DNA from: Candidatus Woesearchaeota archaeon
Lineage (GTDB): Archaea > Nanobdellota > Nanobdellia > Woesearchaeales > WJKR01
Length of the DNA: 42,149 nucleotides
NCBI GenBank assembly: GCA_014729015.1
Contig: WJKR01000009.1
Coordinates: 1-42,149, forward strand
Direction: 5' to 3'
Each line of letters opens with the position of its first letter. The stretch's first letter is position 1. Positions 1-8,455 of the stretch are shown here, piece after piece. The notes beneath the pieces are model-generated. The model worked only from the letters and a program-made list of their open reading frames with translations, did no database searches and was not told where the DNA came from. The position numbers and the translations under genes are program-made.

Positions 1-67
1 ACTTTGATTTGCGGGTGTACGGCCGCTCGAGACGCCGCCAAGCCACCGCCCGGATGAGTTTGGCCAT
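1..67 (-). CDS. rpl10e: ribosomal protein uL16 (L10e), first 22 codons only; gene runs off the left edge
   Basis: Reverse-strand ATG at 67 reads MAKLIRAVAWRRLERPYTRKSK..., resembling the archaeal L10e N-terminus (YRR..P.YTRK). A TTTAAAAA box at 90-97 lies 22 nt upstream of the ATG, like other promoters here. Absent from the ORF track because it is open-ended. Confidence 0.5.
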   Translation of the reverse strand, partial: MAKLIRAVAWRRLERPYTRKSK

Positions 68-92
68 ACCGCCGAGAAACAAGCGGCCCTTT

Positions 93-920
93 TTAAACCT
101 TTTCCTGGGCCAAGAACGCGGCCCCCAACGACCCGGACCCGTCCCCGAGCTTGTTCCTGACCACCCTGCACGAGCCCCGCAACTCCGCGTTCAGCGCCTG
201 CAAAATAGGCGCGTTGGACACCCCGCCGCCGACCACGATGATCTCAGGGTCATACGCTCTGACGATGATGTCCAGCAACCAGGCCAAGGCGTCGACCGTC
301 TCCCGCACCGTCTTCGCAGCGACCAACGTCTTCTTGTCAAAGACACGTTCTACCTGCGACTGATCGCCGCCATGACGATAATATCGCCGGAGGATGCCCG
401 GACCGGCAGCGTAGTCCTCGACCTCCACGCCCTGGTACCGGACGTGCCCGATGTCACCGGCCCCGCCGCGTCCCTTGTACACCTTCCCGTCGATGACGAC
501 GCCCATACCGATGCCGGTGCCGATGATGAGCCCGATGACGTGCTCGCACCCCTCGCCGGCGCCTGCCCGCTGCTCCGCCAACGCGAAGCAGTTCGCATCG
601 TTCTCCACGACACAGGGATGCTTGACGTGCTTGCGCAACAACTCCTCCAACGGCTCCCCCTCAAAACCGGGCAGGTGCGGGCAGCTCCGCAACAACCCCG
701 CATCGTCGAGGTAGCCAGGGAAGCTGATGCCCACCTTCAACGCCCGCCTCCTGGTCAGCTTCGTGATGAGCGCCTCGATGCGCCCCAGCACGGCCTCGAC
801 GCCGTCAGAAGCAGCGGTAGGGATACGCCTGCGCTTATGCACCACGCCTTCCGCATCGATGAGCACGCCCTCTATCTTCGTACCACCGACATCGATGCCA
901 ACGCAGTACTCACCCCCCAT
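93..920 (-). CDS. ROK-family sugar kinase (probable glucokinase)
   Basis: 275 aa. N-terminal ATP-binding GIDVGGTK, ENDANCFALAE, IIGTGIGMG and VVGGGVS are typical ROK/actin-fold kinase motifs. TATA box at 943-950 lies 22 nt upstream of the ATG. Confidence 0.85.
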   Translation of the reverse strand: MGGEYCVGIDVGGTKIEGVLIDAEGVVHKRRRIPTAASDGVEAVLGRIEALITKLTRRRALKVGISFPGYLDDAGLLRSCPHLPGFEGEPLEELLRKHVKHPCVVENDANCFALAEQRAGAGEGCEHVIGLIIGTGIGMGVVIDGKVYKGRGGAGDIGHVRYQGVEVEDYAAGPGILRRYYRHGGDQSQVERVFDKKTLVAAKTVRETVDALAWLLDIIVRAYDPEIIVVGGGVSNAPILQALNAELRGSCRVVRNKLGDGSGSLGAAFLAQEKV

Positions 921-958
921 ACCAGCAGAAGAGAACCCCTCCTATATAAACTTGGCGT

Positions 959-2023
959 TCAGATCAGGAACGGCCCCATGTCCCGCTTGAACCGCTCGAT
1001 CAGCTTCACCGGCGTCGGGTCAGTCTCGTACCGCAACGCCAAGAAGTAGCTGGTCATGTCCCCGAGATGGATGGTCGTGAACATCTGCTTCAGCATGGTG
1101 CCTTTGACCGCTATTTCGGTCACAGCGACACCCTTGTGCTGCAACAACTCCTTAGTCAGCCCGATCCGCTTGATCACCCGGCGGTGCTCGCGATCAGTGG
1201 AAAGCATGACCGCATAGTACGACCCGATCCTGTTGGTGTACGCCAACATCTCATTATGGTTGAACTCCGGCAACGCGTGGCAGAACGCCGGCGCCTTCGC
1301 GTTCTCGTTCACCTGGGTCTTCCAACGATACGCCACGGGGTAGAACGAGTTGTCCGCGAGTATCAACGGAATCTTCTCATAGCACTTCGCCGAGAGCTCG
1401 ATAGCCTTCTCCCGGATGTCCTGCTGCTTGAGCGTGTCGACGAGCCCATTGACCTCCTGCTCATAGCTGCGGACGACGCCGGAGTTCTCCATCACGCGCA
1501 GAATGGGAAAGAACAAGTACGCGATGGCCATGCGCGGCTGCAACCCCTTCGGGAGCTTAATGATGGCGTGCTTGTTGAGCTTCGCCAACTCCTCCATCTT
1601 CCCCCCGCTAGACACGAGCAACGCCTGGCACCCCTTCCTGATACCAGTCTTGTACATGGACAACGTCTCCTCCGTGTTGCCGGAATAGGAGATGGCGATG
1701 AGCAGCGTGTTATCATCAATCCCGGTCGGCGTCTGGTAATTCTTGACCGTGTCCACCGCCACGGGACAGGTAGGCTCGGCCTCGAACAGCTCTTTCAACA
1801 AGTCCCCGGCGATGCCCGAGCCGCCCATGCCCGCAACCAAGACGCGTTGGAACGGCCGATCAGGCTTGATGCCGAGCCCGAGCTTGTACGCCTCCCTGAT
1901 ATGCTCGTGCATAGAACTGATAATCTTGTACGCGTCTTCCTTGTCATACCTGAAGTAATCATCAGGAAAGACCTTCCTCTTCTTCTTGGCGTCCTTCGTT
2001 TCTCTTCCCGATTTGTCACCCAC
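959..2023 (-). CDS. bifunctional phosphoglucose/phosphomannose isomerase (SIS-domain PGI/PMI family)
   Basis: 354 aa. VAGMGGSGIAGD, ISYSGNTEETL and QVNENAKAPA...PEFNHNE match archaeal PGI/PMI signatures. GTG start preceded by GAGGTG 7 nt upstream. Confidence 0.8.
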   Translation of the reverse strand: MGDKSGRETKDAKKKRKVFPDDYFRYDKEDAYKIISSMHEHIREAYKLGLGIKPDRPFQRVLVAGMGGSGIAGDLLKELFEAEPTCPVAVDTVKNYQTPTGIDDNTLLIAISYSGNTEETLSMYKTGIRKGCQALLVSSGGKMEELAKLNKHAIIKLPKGLQPRMAIAYLFFPILRVMENSGVVRSYEQEVNGLVDTLKQQDIREKAIELSAKCYEKIPLILADNSFYPVAYRWKTQVNENAKAPAFCHALPEFNHNEMLAYTNRIGSYYAVMLSTDREHRRVIKRIGLTKELLQHKGVAVTEIAVKGTMLKQMFTTIHLGDMTSYFLALRYETDPTPVKLIERFKRDMGPFLI

Positions 2024-2120
2024 GACGAGCCACCTCGTTGAGGAAAGAAGACTGGTTGCTTAAATAATTTATTCTTTCACCGCACATATTTAAAGGAACG
2101 CTTGTTCGCTCCCCCTGACC

Positions 2121-3374
2121 ATGGCGAACGTGTCCCTCCAAACCTATGGCTGCTCCCTGAACCAATCAGACTCAGAAGTCATGGCCGGCATCCTGGTAGC
2201 GCGCGGCCACGAACTCGTTCATGAAGAACGCGCGGACATCCTCGTCATCAACTCATGCACGGTCAAGAGCAACCCGGAACAACGGCTCTTCCACCAGCTA
2301 CGGACAAGGACCAAGCCGGTCGTCGTCGCCGGCTGCGCGCCCCAAGCAGACCCGCACAACGAGCACTTTGCCAACGTCAGCGTCATCTGCCCGAAAGCGC
2401 TGTCACGGATAGCCGACGCGGTCGAGCAAACGCTCCAAGGAAGAAAAGTCACCATCCTCGACGACGTGGACGGGGATAGGAACGCCTTGCCGTGCATTCC
2501 CTCCAGGAAACACGTCGCCATCATCCCGACCAACGCCGGCTGCCTGAACCATTGCAGCTATTGCAAGACCAAACACGCGCGCGGCCACCTGCAGAGCTAC
2601 CCGCCAGGAAGCATCGAGAAACAGTTCCGCGCAGCGGTGAACAACGGTGCGAAAGAAGTCTGGCTCACCAGCCAAGACACCGCGGCCTACGGCCTGGACA
2701 TCAACACCGACATCACCGCCTTGCTCGAGCGGCTGTTGCGCAAACCAGGCGACTACAGGATACGCCTCGGCATGGCCAACCCGCAACACCTCGCGCCCCG
2801 CATCGACAGGCTCATCAGCGTCCTGCGACACCCGAACATGTTCAAGTTCCTCCACCTACCCGTCCAATCAGGGTCAGACGACGTCCTCAAAAACATGCGG
2901 CGAGGGTACACCACCACGGCGTTCAAGGAGCTCGTCAGGCGCATCACCAGAGCGATCCCCAACATCACCATCGCCACGGACATCATTGTCGGCTTCCCCA
3001 CCGAGACGGAAGCGGACTTCCACGCCACGGAAGGACTCATCCACGAGCTCAAGATACCCATCATCAACCTCTCTAAGTTCTCCCCGCGGCCGGGCACTGC
3101 CGCAGCGAACATGAAACCCTTATCAACAAAGGTGGTCAAGCAGCGATCTACCCGCCTCAAAGCCCTATGCGTCCGCGTCGCCGCCCAGCACCGCCAACAA
3201 TATGTCGGCCGAGAGCTCTCCGTCCTCATCGACGAACACGGCAAGCACGACACCCTGATAGGCAAGGCGGACAACTACCTCCAAGTCATCCTTCCCCGCA
3301 CTGCAGGAACCATGGGCGACCGCGTCATCGTCACCCCCTCACGAGCAGGAATCTTCGACGTACGAGCAGTATAG
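2121..3374 (+). CDS. MiaB-like radical-SAM tRNA methylthiotransferase (archaeal/eukaryal MtaB/CDKAL1 type)
   Basis: 417 aa. UPF0004 N-domain (QTYGCSLNQSDSE), radical-SAM CxxxCxxC (CLNHCSYC) and a C-terminal TRAM-like segment. TATTTAAA at 2087-2094. Confidence 0.85.
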   Translation: MANVSLQTYGCSLNQSDSEVMAGILVARGHELVHEERADILVINSCTVKSNPEQRLFHQLRTRTKPVVVAGCAPQADPHNEHFANVSVICPKALSRIADAVEQTLQGRKVTILDDVDGDRNALPCIPSRKHVAIIPTNAGCLNHCSYCKTKHARGHLQSYPPGSIEKQFRAAVNNGAKEVWLTSQDTAAYGLDINTDITALLERLLRKPGDYRIRLGMANPQHLAPRIDRLISVLRHPNMFKFLHLPVQSGSDDVLKNMRRGYTTTAFKELVRRITRAIPNITIATDIIVGFPTETEADFHATEGLIHELKIPIINLSKFSPRPGTAAANMKPLSTKVVKQRSTRLKALCVRVAAQHRQQYVGRELSVLIDEHGKHDTLIGKADNYLQVILPRTAGTMGDRVIVTPSRAGIFDVRAV

Positions 3375-3523
3375 CCTCCTTGCCACGCAAACCAAACCTT
3401 TTTAAACACTTCTTGCTTCCCCCGACCGCAACAGAGACGAAAAGAGCGTGCGATCGGCGCAACACCATTTTCTCCCGAGAAGCATGTGTTGTGCGCGACG
3501 CGCAAAGAACGAGCAACAAGAAA

Positions 3524-3862
3524 ATGGCACGGCAAACCACGAAACCATTGCTGCCGACCCTCAAGGAAAAGAAGCGATACCTCACGTACCAGCTCCACGG
3601 CGAAGGACTCCCCGCCAACGCGGGAAGCCTCCTCATCCCCGAGCTCCGAAGCATTCTCGGCGTGTTCGACGCGGCGGCAGCAGGACTGCTCAACATCACG
3701 TACGACCAGCAGACAGGCAGAGGGGTCATCCGGACCACGCTCGCAAAGGCACGCCAAGCACGCGCCGCCATGCTGCTCACCACGAGCCTCAGCAAGCACC
3801 GCGTCATGATACACCCGATCACCACGTCAGGCATACTCAACAAGGCGAAACAAGCAATGTGA
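3524..3862 (+). CDS. rnp2: RNase P protein component 2 (Pop5/Rnp2)
   Basis: 112 aa from the internal ATG of ORF 3167..3862. The N-terminus LLPTLKEKKRYLTYQL matches the Pop5 signature (LPptlReK.RYi). It holds the first position of the exosome superoperon. Confidence 0.75.
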   Translation: MARQTTKPLLPTLKEKKRYLTYQLHGEGLPANAGSLLIPELRSILGVFDAAAAGLLNITYDQQTGRGVIRTTLAKARQARAAMLLTTSLSKHRVMIHPITTSGILNKAKQAM

Positions 3863-3875
3863 GGGGAATAACCAA

Positions 3876-4592
3876 ATGCAACCACTACAACACCAAATGA
3901 TGGGGTACGACCGCGCCATCACTATGTTCAGCCCGGACGGACGGCTCCTCCAAGTGGAATACGCGAAGAAGACCGTCAGGCTAGGCAACACCGCGATAGG
4001 CATGGTCTGCGCCGACGGCGTCTTGCTCGTGACCGACAAGCGCATCATCGACAAGCTCGTCGTGCCGGAAGCCATCGAAAAAGTCTTCCAGGTCGACGAC
4101 CACGTCATGGCCACCGCGGCGGGCATCATCTCAGATGCGCGCGTGCTCATCGAACGAAGCCAGGTCAAAGCGCAGCAGCACAAGGTCACGTACAACGCGC
4201 CCATCGACGTGCTGAGCGTCGTCAAGGACGTGTGCAACCTCAAGCAGCTGACCACGCAGAGCGGCGGCTTCCGACCGTTCGGCGTCTCACTCCTCATCGC
4301 TGGCAAGGACGAGGAAGGTCTCAAGCTCTTCGAGACCGATCCGACCGGCATCTTCTACCAGTACAAGGCGACAGCGATTGGCGAGGGAGAGCAGGACGTG
4401 GAAGAAGTCCTGCACAAGGAATACAAGGACGCCATGACCATCGACGACGGCCTCAAGCTCGCCGTCAAAGCATTGAAGAAGGTCCTGAACGACGGCTTCA
4501 ACGCGGAAAGGATAGAGGCGGCGGTCATCCGTGACAAGGACGGCAAGATGGAGAAGCTCGGGAAAGCGAGGATTGCCAAGTACCTCAAATAA
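3876..4592 (+). CDS. psmA: proteasome alpha subunit
   Basis: 238 aa. MGYDRAITMFSPDGRLLQVEYA is the canonical alpha-subunit N-terminus. Confidence 0.95.
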   Translation: MQPLQHQMMGYDRAITMFSPDGRLLQVEYAKKTVRLGNTAIGMVCADGVLLVTDKRIIDKLVVPEAIEKVFQVDDHVMATAAGIISDARVLIERSQVKAQQHKVTYNAPIDVLSVVKDVCNLKQLTTQSGGFRPFGVSLLIAGKDEEGLKLFETDPTGIFYQYKATAIGEGEQDVEEVLHKEYKDAMTIDDGLKLAVKALKKVLNDGFNAERIEAAVIRDKDGKMEKLGKARIAKYLK

Positions 4593-4594
4593 CG

Positions 4595-5311
4595 ATGAGA
4601 CCGACCAAGACCTTTGACCAGGAACGAGCACAGTTCAACCTCGCCCGGTTGAGAAGAGCGGGCGGCAACTACGAGGTCGTCATCGACCCGGACAAGGCCA
4701 TCGCGTACCGCGAAGGGCGGTCGGTCGACCTCGACGAGGTGCTGCAAGCCCAGCAAGTGTTCTTCGACGCGAAGAAAGGGGAGCACGCTTCCGAGGACCG
4801 GATGCAAGAGGTGTTCGGCACCGTTGAGCCGCTCGTCGTGGCAAAGACCATCCTCGAGAAGGGAGAGATACAGCTGACCGCGGAGCACCGAGCGAAAGTG
4901 CGCGAGGAGAAGCTGAAACGGGTCGTCCAACTCATCGCGAAGAACGCGTGCGACCCGAAGAGCAAGCTACCGCACCCCCCGACACGCATCAGGAACGCGA
5001 TGGACGAAGCCAAGGTGCGCATCGACGAGTTCAAGAAACCAGAGGACCAGGTTAACGATATCATCAAGGCGTTGCGGCCGATACTCCCGATTAGCGTGGA
5101 GTCACGACGGGTCGCCGTGCACGTCCCCGCGACGCACGCAGGAAGGATGTACGGCGCGCTGCAATCATTCGGCACCATCACGCAAGAAGCGTGGCAGAAC
5201 GACGGTTCCTGGAAAGGGACCTTGGAGCTGCCAGCAGGCATGGTGCAGGAACTCATCGATAAGGTCAACAGCATGACCCACGGCGCCGCAACGATTGACA
5301 TGGTCAAGTAA
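4595..5311 (+). CDS. SBDS-family ribosome maturation protein (SDO1)
   Basis: 238 aa. ARLRRAGGNYEVVIDPDKAIAYREG is typical of the SBDS/COG1500 N-domain. It sits between psmA and rrp4, as in the archaeal exosome superoperon. Confidence 0.9.
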   Translation: MRPTKTFDQERAQFNLARLRRAGGNYEVVIDPDKAIAYREGRSVDLDEVLQAQQVFFDAKKGEHASEDRMQEVFGTVEPLVVAKTILEKGEIQLTAEHRAKVREEKLKRVVQLIAKNACDPKSKLPHPPTRIRNAMDEAKVRIDEFKKPEDQVNDIIKALRPILPISVESRRVAVHVPATHAGRMYGALQSFGTITQEAWQNDGSWKGTLELPAGMVQELIDKVNSMTHGAATIDMVK

Positions 5312-5333
5312 ACAACTACAGGTGAAAACAACT

Positions 5334-6167
5334 ATGGATTTACGAGTACAAGACAAAGAAGTCGTCGTCCCGGGACAGGTCGTCGCGACCGGCATGGAAT
5401 ACCTGCCGGCGGACGGCGCCTACCGATTGGATGACGAGATAAGGGCCAACAGACTAGGCCTGATCAAAATCGAAGGAAAAGTCATCAAGAGCATTCCTTT
5501 GACCGGCGTGTACCTGCCGCAAAAGAACGACGTAGTCGTCGGCCGCGTCATCGACATACTGATGAGCGGCTGGCGGCTGGACATCAACAGCCCGTACAGC
5601 GCCGTGCTCCCGATCAAGGACGCGACGTTCGACTTCATCGCGAAAGGCGCAGACCTGACCAAGTACTTCGACCTCGACGATTACGTTGTGGCGAAGATCA
5701 TACAGGTCACCAGCCAGAACCTGGTGGACGTGACGTGCAAAGGGCAAGGGCTCCACAAGCTCGACGGCGGACGCATCCTCAAGGTCGGGCCGCACAAGGT
5801 CCCGAGGATCATCGGCACCAAGGGCAGCATGATCACCATGGTCAAGAAGGCCACGAACTGCAGGGTTATCGTCGGCCAGAACGGCCGTATATGGCTCTCT
5901 GGCGAGCCCGACAAGGAGCACGTCGCGGTCAAGGCGATCAAGATGATCGAGGACCTGGCGCACACCGTCGGACTGACCGAGCAGGTGAAGTCATTCCTCG
6001 CAGAGCAGACCGGCTTGTCGGCCGACGCGCTGACGGTCAAGGAAGAGGACCTCGTCGCTGAGAGGCCGAAGGACGAGCAACGACATCGACGACCGCCCCG
6101 CAGGAGCGGCGGCACCCGTGACGGCCCCCGAAGGAGGCCGTACGGTGAGAGACGACAACGAAGGTGA
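5334..6167 (+). CDS. rrp4: exosome complex RNA-binding protein Rrp4 (S1 + KH), with an Arg-rich C-terminal tail
   Basis: 277 aa from the ATG at 5334, with GGTGA 8 nt upstream. S1-like GDVVVGRVIDILMSGWRLDI and KH GKVPRIIGTKGSMITMV. The last ~35 aa are RRPPRRSGGTRDGPRRRPYGERRQRR-like. Confidence 0.9.
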   Translation: MDLRVQDKEVVVPGQVVATGMEYLPADGAYRLDDEIRANRLGLIKIEGKVIKSIPLTGVYLPQKNDVVVGRVIDILMSGWRLDINSPYSAVLPIKDATFDFIAKGADLTKYFDLDDYVVAKIIQVTSQNLVDVTCKGQGLHKLDGGRILKVGPHKVPRIIGTKGSMITMVKKATNCRVIVGQNGRIWLSGEPDKEHVAVKAIKMIEDLAHTVGLTEQVKSFLAEQTGLSADALTVKEEDLVAERPKDEQRHRRPPRRSGGTRDGPRRRPYGERRQRR

Positions 6168-6174
6168 GATGAGT

Positions 6175-6897
6175 ATGGCATATGAGAAAAGAATCAGTGG
6201 ACGAGCATTAGACGAGCCGCGCAAGATCACCGCGAATGCGGGCGTGATCAAGAAAGCCGACGGCTCGGGCTATTTCAAGATCGGCGAGACCGCTGCGTAC
6301 GCGGCGGTGTACGGCCCTCGTGAGTGCCACCCCGCGTTCATGAGGAATCCGAAGATGGGCATCTTGCGATGCAATTACAGCATGATGCCGTTCTCCGGCG
6401 ACGGCGAACGCGTCAGGCCGGGGCCCTCCCGCAGGAGCAAGGAGATCAGTATGGTCACGAAGAACGCGTTGTTGCCGGTAGTCGACCTCAAGGAGTACCC
6501 GAACACGGTGGTCGACGTGTTCATCGAGTTGCCGGAGACCGACGCGGGGAGCAGGTGCGCAGGCATCTGCGCGGCGGCCATTGCCTTGGCGGATGCTGGC
6601 ATCACGATGCGGGACGTCGTGCCCGCGGTGAGCGTCGGTCAGGTCGACGGGACGATCGTCGTGGACCTCGACGGCGCGGAGGAGCACCTCGATGAGAACG
6701 CGGCTGCTGACATTCCCTTGGCCATGGTGCCGAGCACCGAGGAGATAACCTTGTTGCAGATGGACGGCATCGTCGAGCAGGACACGTTGTTCCGGGCGCT
6801 CGAGACGGTCAAGCCCGCGTTGCACAATATCGCGGAGGCGCAGCGCCGTGCGGTCAAGGAGTGCTACCAGCAACAGGCAGGGGGTGATGCGCAATGA
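6175..6897 (+). CDS. rrp41: exosome RNase PH subunit Rrp41
   Basis: RNase PH motifs PSRRSKEIS and TDAGSRCAGICAAAIALADAGI. An alternative ATG lies at 6169. GGTGA at 6163-6167 favours 6175. Confidence 0.9.
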   Translation: MAYEKRISGRALDEPRKITANAGVIKKADGSGYFKIGETAAYAAVYGPRECHPAFMRNPKMGILRCNYSMMPFSGDGERVRPGPSRRSKEISMVTKNALLPVVDLKEYPNTVVDVFIELPETDAGSRCAGICAAAIALADAGITMRDVVPAVSVGQVDGTIVVDLDGAEEHLDENAAADIPLAMVPSTEEITLLQMDGIVEQDTLFRALETVKPALHNIAEAQRRAVKECYQQQAGGDAQ

Positions 6898-7682
6898 ATC
6901 AGGAGCGAAAGAAGCACATCGTCCGTGCGTTGGCAGCGGGTGTCCGGCTGGACGGCCGGAAGCTTGACGAGTTCAGGCCCGTCGAGCTGAAGGTTGGCGT
7001 GTCCAGCACCGCTGAAGGTTCAGCCATGGTCAAGGCCGGTGACACAGAGGCCATCGCCGGCGTCAAGATGGGCTTGGGAACGCCGTACCCTGACACGCCG
7101 GACAGCGGCGTGTTGATGGTGAACGCGGAGTTGTTGCCGATATCGAACCCTGAGTTCGAGTCTGGTCCTCCCAGCATCGAGTCCATCGAGGTCGCCCGCG
7201 TCATCGATCGCGGCATCCGCGAGAGCCACTCGTTCGACACCAAGTCGTTGTGCGTGGAGAAGGGCGAGAAGGTCTGGATGGTGCAGTGCGACATCTTACC
7301 GCTCAATTTTGACGGTAACCTCATCGACCTCGGCGGCTTGGCAGTGCTCGCAGCGTTGCGCGACGCCCGCTTCCCAAAGGTTGACGAGGAGGGCGCTGTC
7401 GACTACCATGAGAAGACCGATAAGGGGTTGGCGTTGCAGCAGTTGCCTGTGCCGATCACGGTCGGCAAGATCGGCGAGCACCTCATCGTCGACCCGGCCC
7501 AAGAGGAGGAGCAGGCGTTGGACGCCCGTCTGACCATGACCATGCTCGCTGACGGCACGGTGTGCGCGTTGCAGAAAGGCGGACAGGCGCCGTTGACCAT
7601 CAGCGAGATTAAGGAGATGGTCAAGCTCGCCGATGCGAAGAGCAAGGAGCTCCGCAAGCAGCTGCTGGAGGTGGCCACATGA
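6894..7682 (+). CDS. rrp42: exosome RNase PH-like subunit Rrp42
   Basis: 262 aa. RNase PH fold ([18 protein letters not shown]). ATGA overlap with the rrp41 stop. Confidence 0.85.
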   Translation: MNQERKKHIVRALAAGVRLDGRKLDEFRPVELKVGVSSTAEGSAMVKAGDTEAIAGVKMGLGTPYPDTPDSGVLMVNAELLPISNPEFESGPPSIESIEVARVIDRGIRESHSFDTKSLCVEKGEKVWMVQCDILPLNFDGNLIDLGGLAVLAALRDARFPKVDEEGAVDYHEKTDKGLALQQLPVPITVGKIGEHLIVDPAQEEEQALDARLTMTMLADGTVCALQKGGQAPLTISEIKEMVKLADAKSKELRKQLLEVAT

Positions 7683-7918
7683 GCGCGGCGAAAGCATCGC
7701 CTCAGGAAGACGAGTACACCAAGTATGAGCGTGCTCGTATCATCGGCAGCCGGGCGTTGCAGATCAGCATGGGTGCTCCGTTCTTGGTCAAGCTCTCGAA
7801 GAAGAAGCTCGAGGCGTTAGCGTACAACCCGGTCGAGATCGCGAAGCTCGAGTTCGAGAAGGGCGTCATCCCGATCACAGTCAAGCGGGTGCTGCCGCAC
7901 GAGCGGGAGAGCCATTAA
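7679..7918 (+). CDS. rpoK: DNA-directed RNA polymerase subunit K (Rpo6)
   Basis: 79 aa. [21 protein letters not shown]...[17 protein letters not shown] matches the Rpo6/RpoK family. ATGA overlap with the rrp42 stop. Confidence 0.85.
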   Translation: MSAAKASPQEDEYTKYERARIIGSRALQISMGAPFLVKLSKKKLEALAYNPVEIAKLEFEKGVIPITVKRVLPHERESH

Positions 7919-7921
7919 CCA

Positions 7922-7937
7922 TTTTTTTTTATCTTTT
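7922..7937 (+). terminator. oligo-T terminator of the exosome operon
   Basis: A run of nine T at 7922-7930 followed by TCTTTT, starting 4 nt after the rpoK stop. Archaeal termination typically occurs at oligo-T tracts. Confidence 0.45.
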
Positions 7938-8453
7938 CCATTTGATGCTGCAGCCCAGCGGAGCAACCTTCTCTTTCTCCGGCTTTGCTCCTTTCAATGC
8001 CGCGTCGACCGCTTCGCGGACGTGCTCTTCGACGACGAGCTCTTCCTCTTTCCAGTTGTCGTCGATGGCGCCTTCGTACACGAGTTCTCGTTCCTTGTCG
8101 AACACGAATGTGTGCGGCGTGCACTCGGCGTTGTAGGCCTTGGCGACCTCTTGGGTGTGGTCGTGCAAGTAAGGAAACGCGAACTCCTTCGCTTCATGAG
8201 CTTTCTGCATGGCTTCGAAGCTGTCCTCTGGGTAGTGCTTGCTGTCGTTGCTGTTGATCATGACCACTTGCACTTTCCCTTTGTAGTCCGCTGCCAGCGC
8301 TTTGAGGCGGTCATCGTAGGCCTGCGCGTACGGGCAGTGGTTGCACGTGAACACGACGACCAGTACCGGGGCGTCGAAGAAGTCTTGCAGCTCGTACGTG
8401 TTGCCGTCGATGTTGGTCAGCGAGAAGTGGGGTGCTTTCGTTCCGATATCCAT
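7929..8453 (-). CDS. thioredoxin-fold redoxin (TlpA/AhpC-TSA-like) with a CNHC active site
   Basis: 174 aa. APHFSLTNIDG...VLVVVFTCNHCPYA, FPYLHD and ECTPHTFVFD are typical of this redoxin family. It starts 2 nt after the stop of the upstream gene. Confidence 0.8.
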   Translation of the reverse strand: MDIGTKAPHFSLTNIDGNTYELQDFFDAPVLVVVFTCNHCPYAQAYDDRLKALAADYKGKVQVVMINSNDSKHYPEDSFEAMQKAHEAKEFAFPYLHDHTQEVAKAYNAECTPHTFVFDKERELVYEGAIDDNWKEEELVVEEHVREAVDAALKGAKPEKEKVAPLGCSIKWKR

Positions 8454-8455
8454 GG

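Noticed and set aside
9-1049. 346-aa plus-strand ORF
   Set aside because: It is antisense to the well-supported ROK kinase and the 3' end of PGI/PMI. The product is R/P/H/L-rich low-complexity sequence typical of shadow frames in GC-rich DNA, and it has no promoter or RBS context.
1067-2041. 324-aa plus-strand ORF
   Set aside because: Shadow frame opposite the PGI/PMI gene. Arg/Leu/Pro-rich with no motifs.
3167-3523. N-terminal 119-codon extension of the Pop5 ORF
   Set aside because: The extension is RP-rich nonsense that overlaps the MiaB-like gene and the promoter. The Pop5 signature begins right after the internal ATG at 3524.
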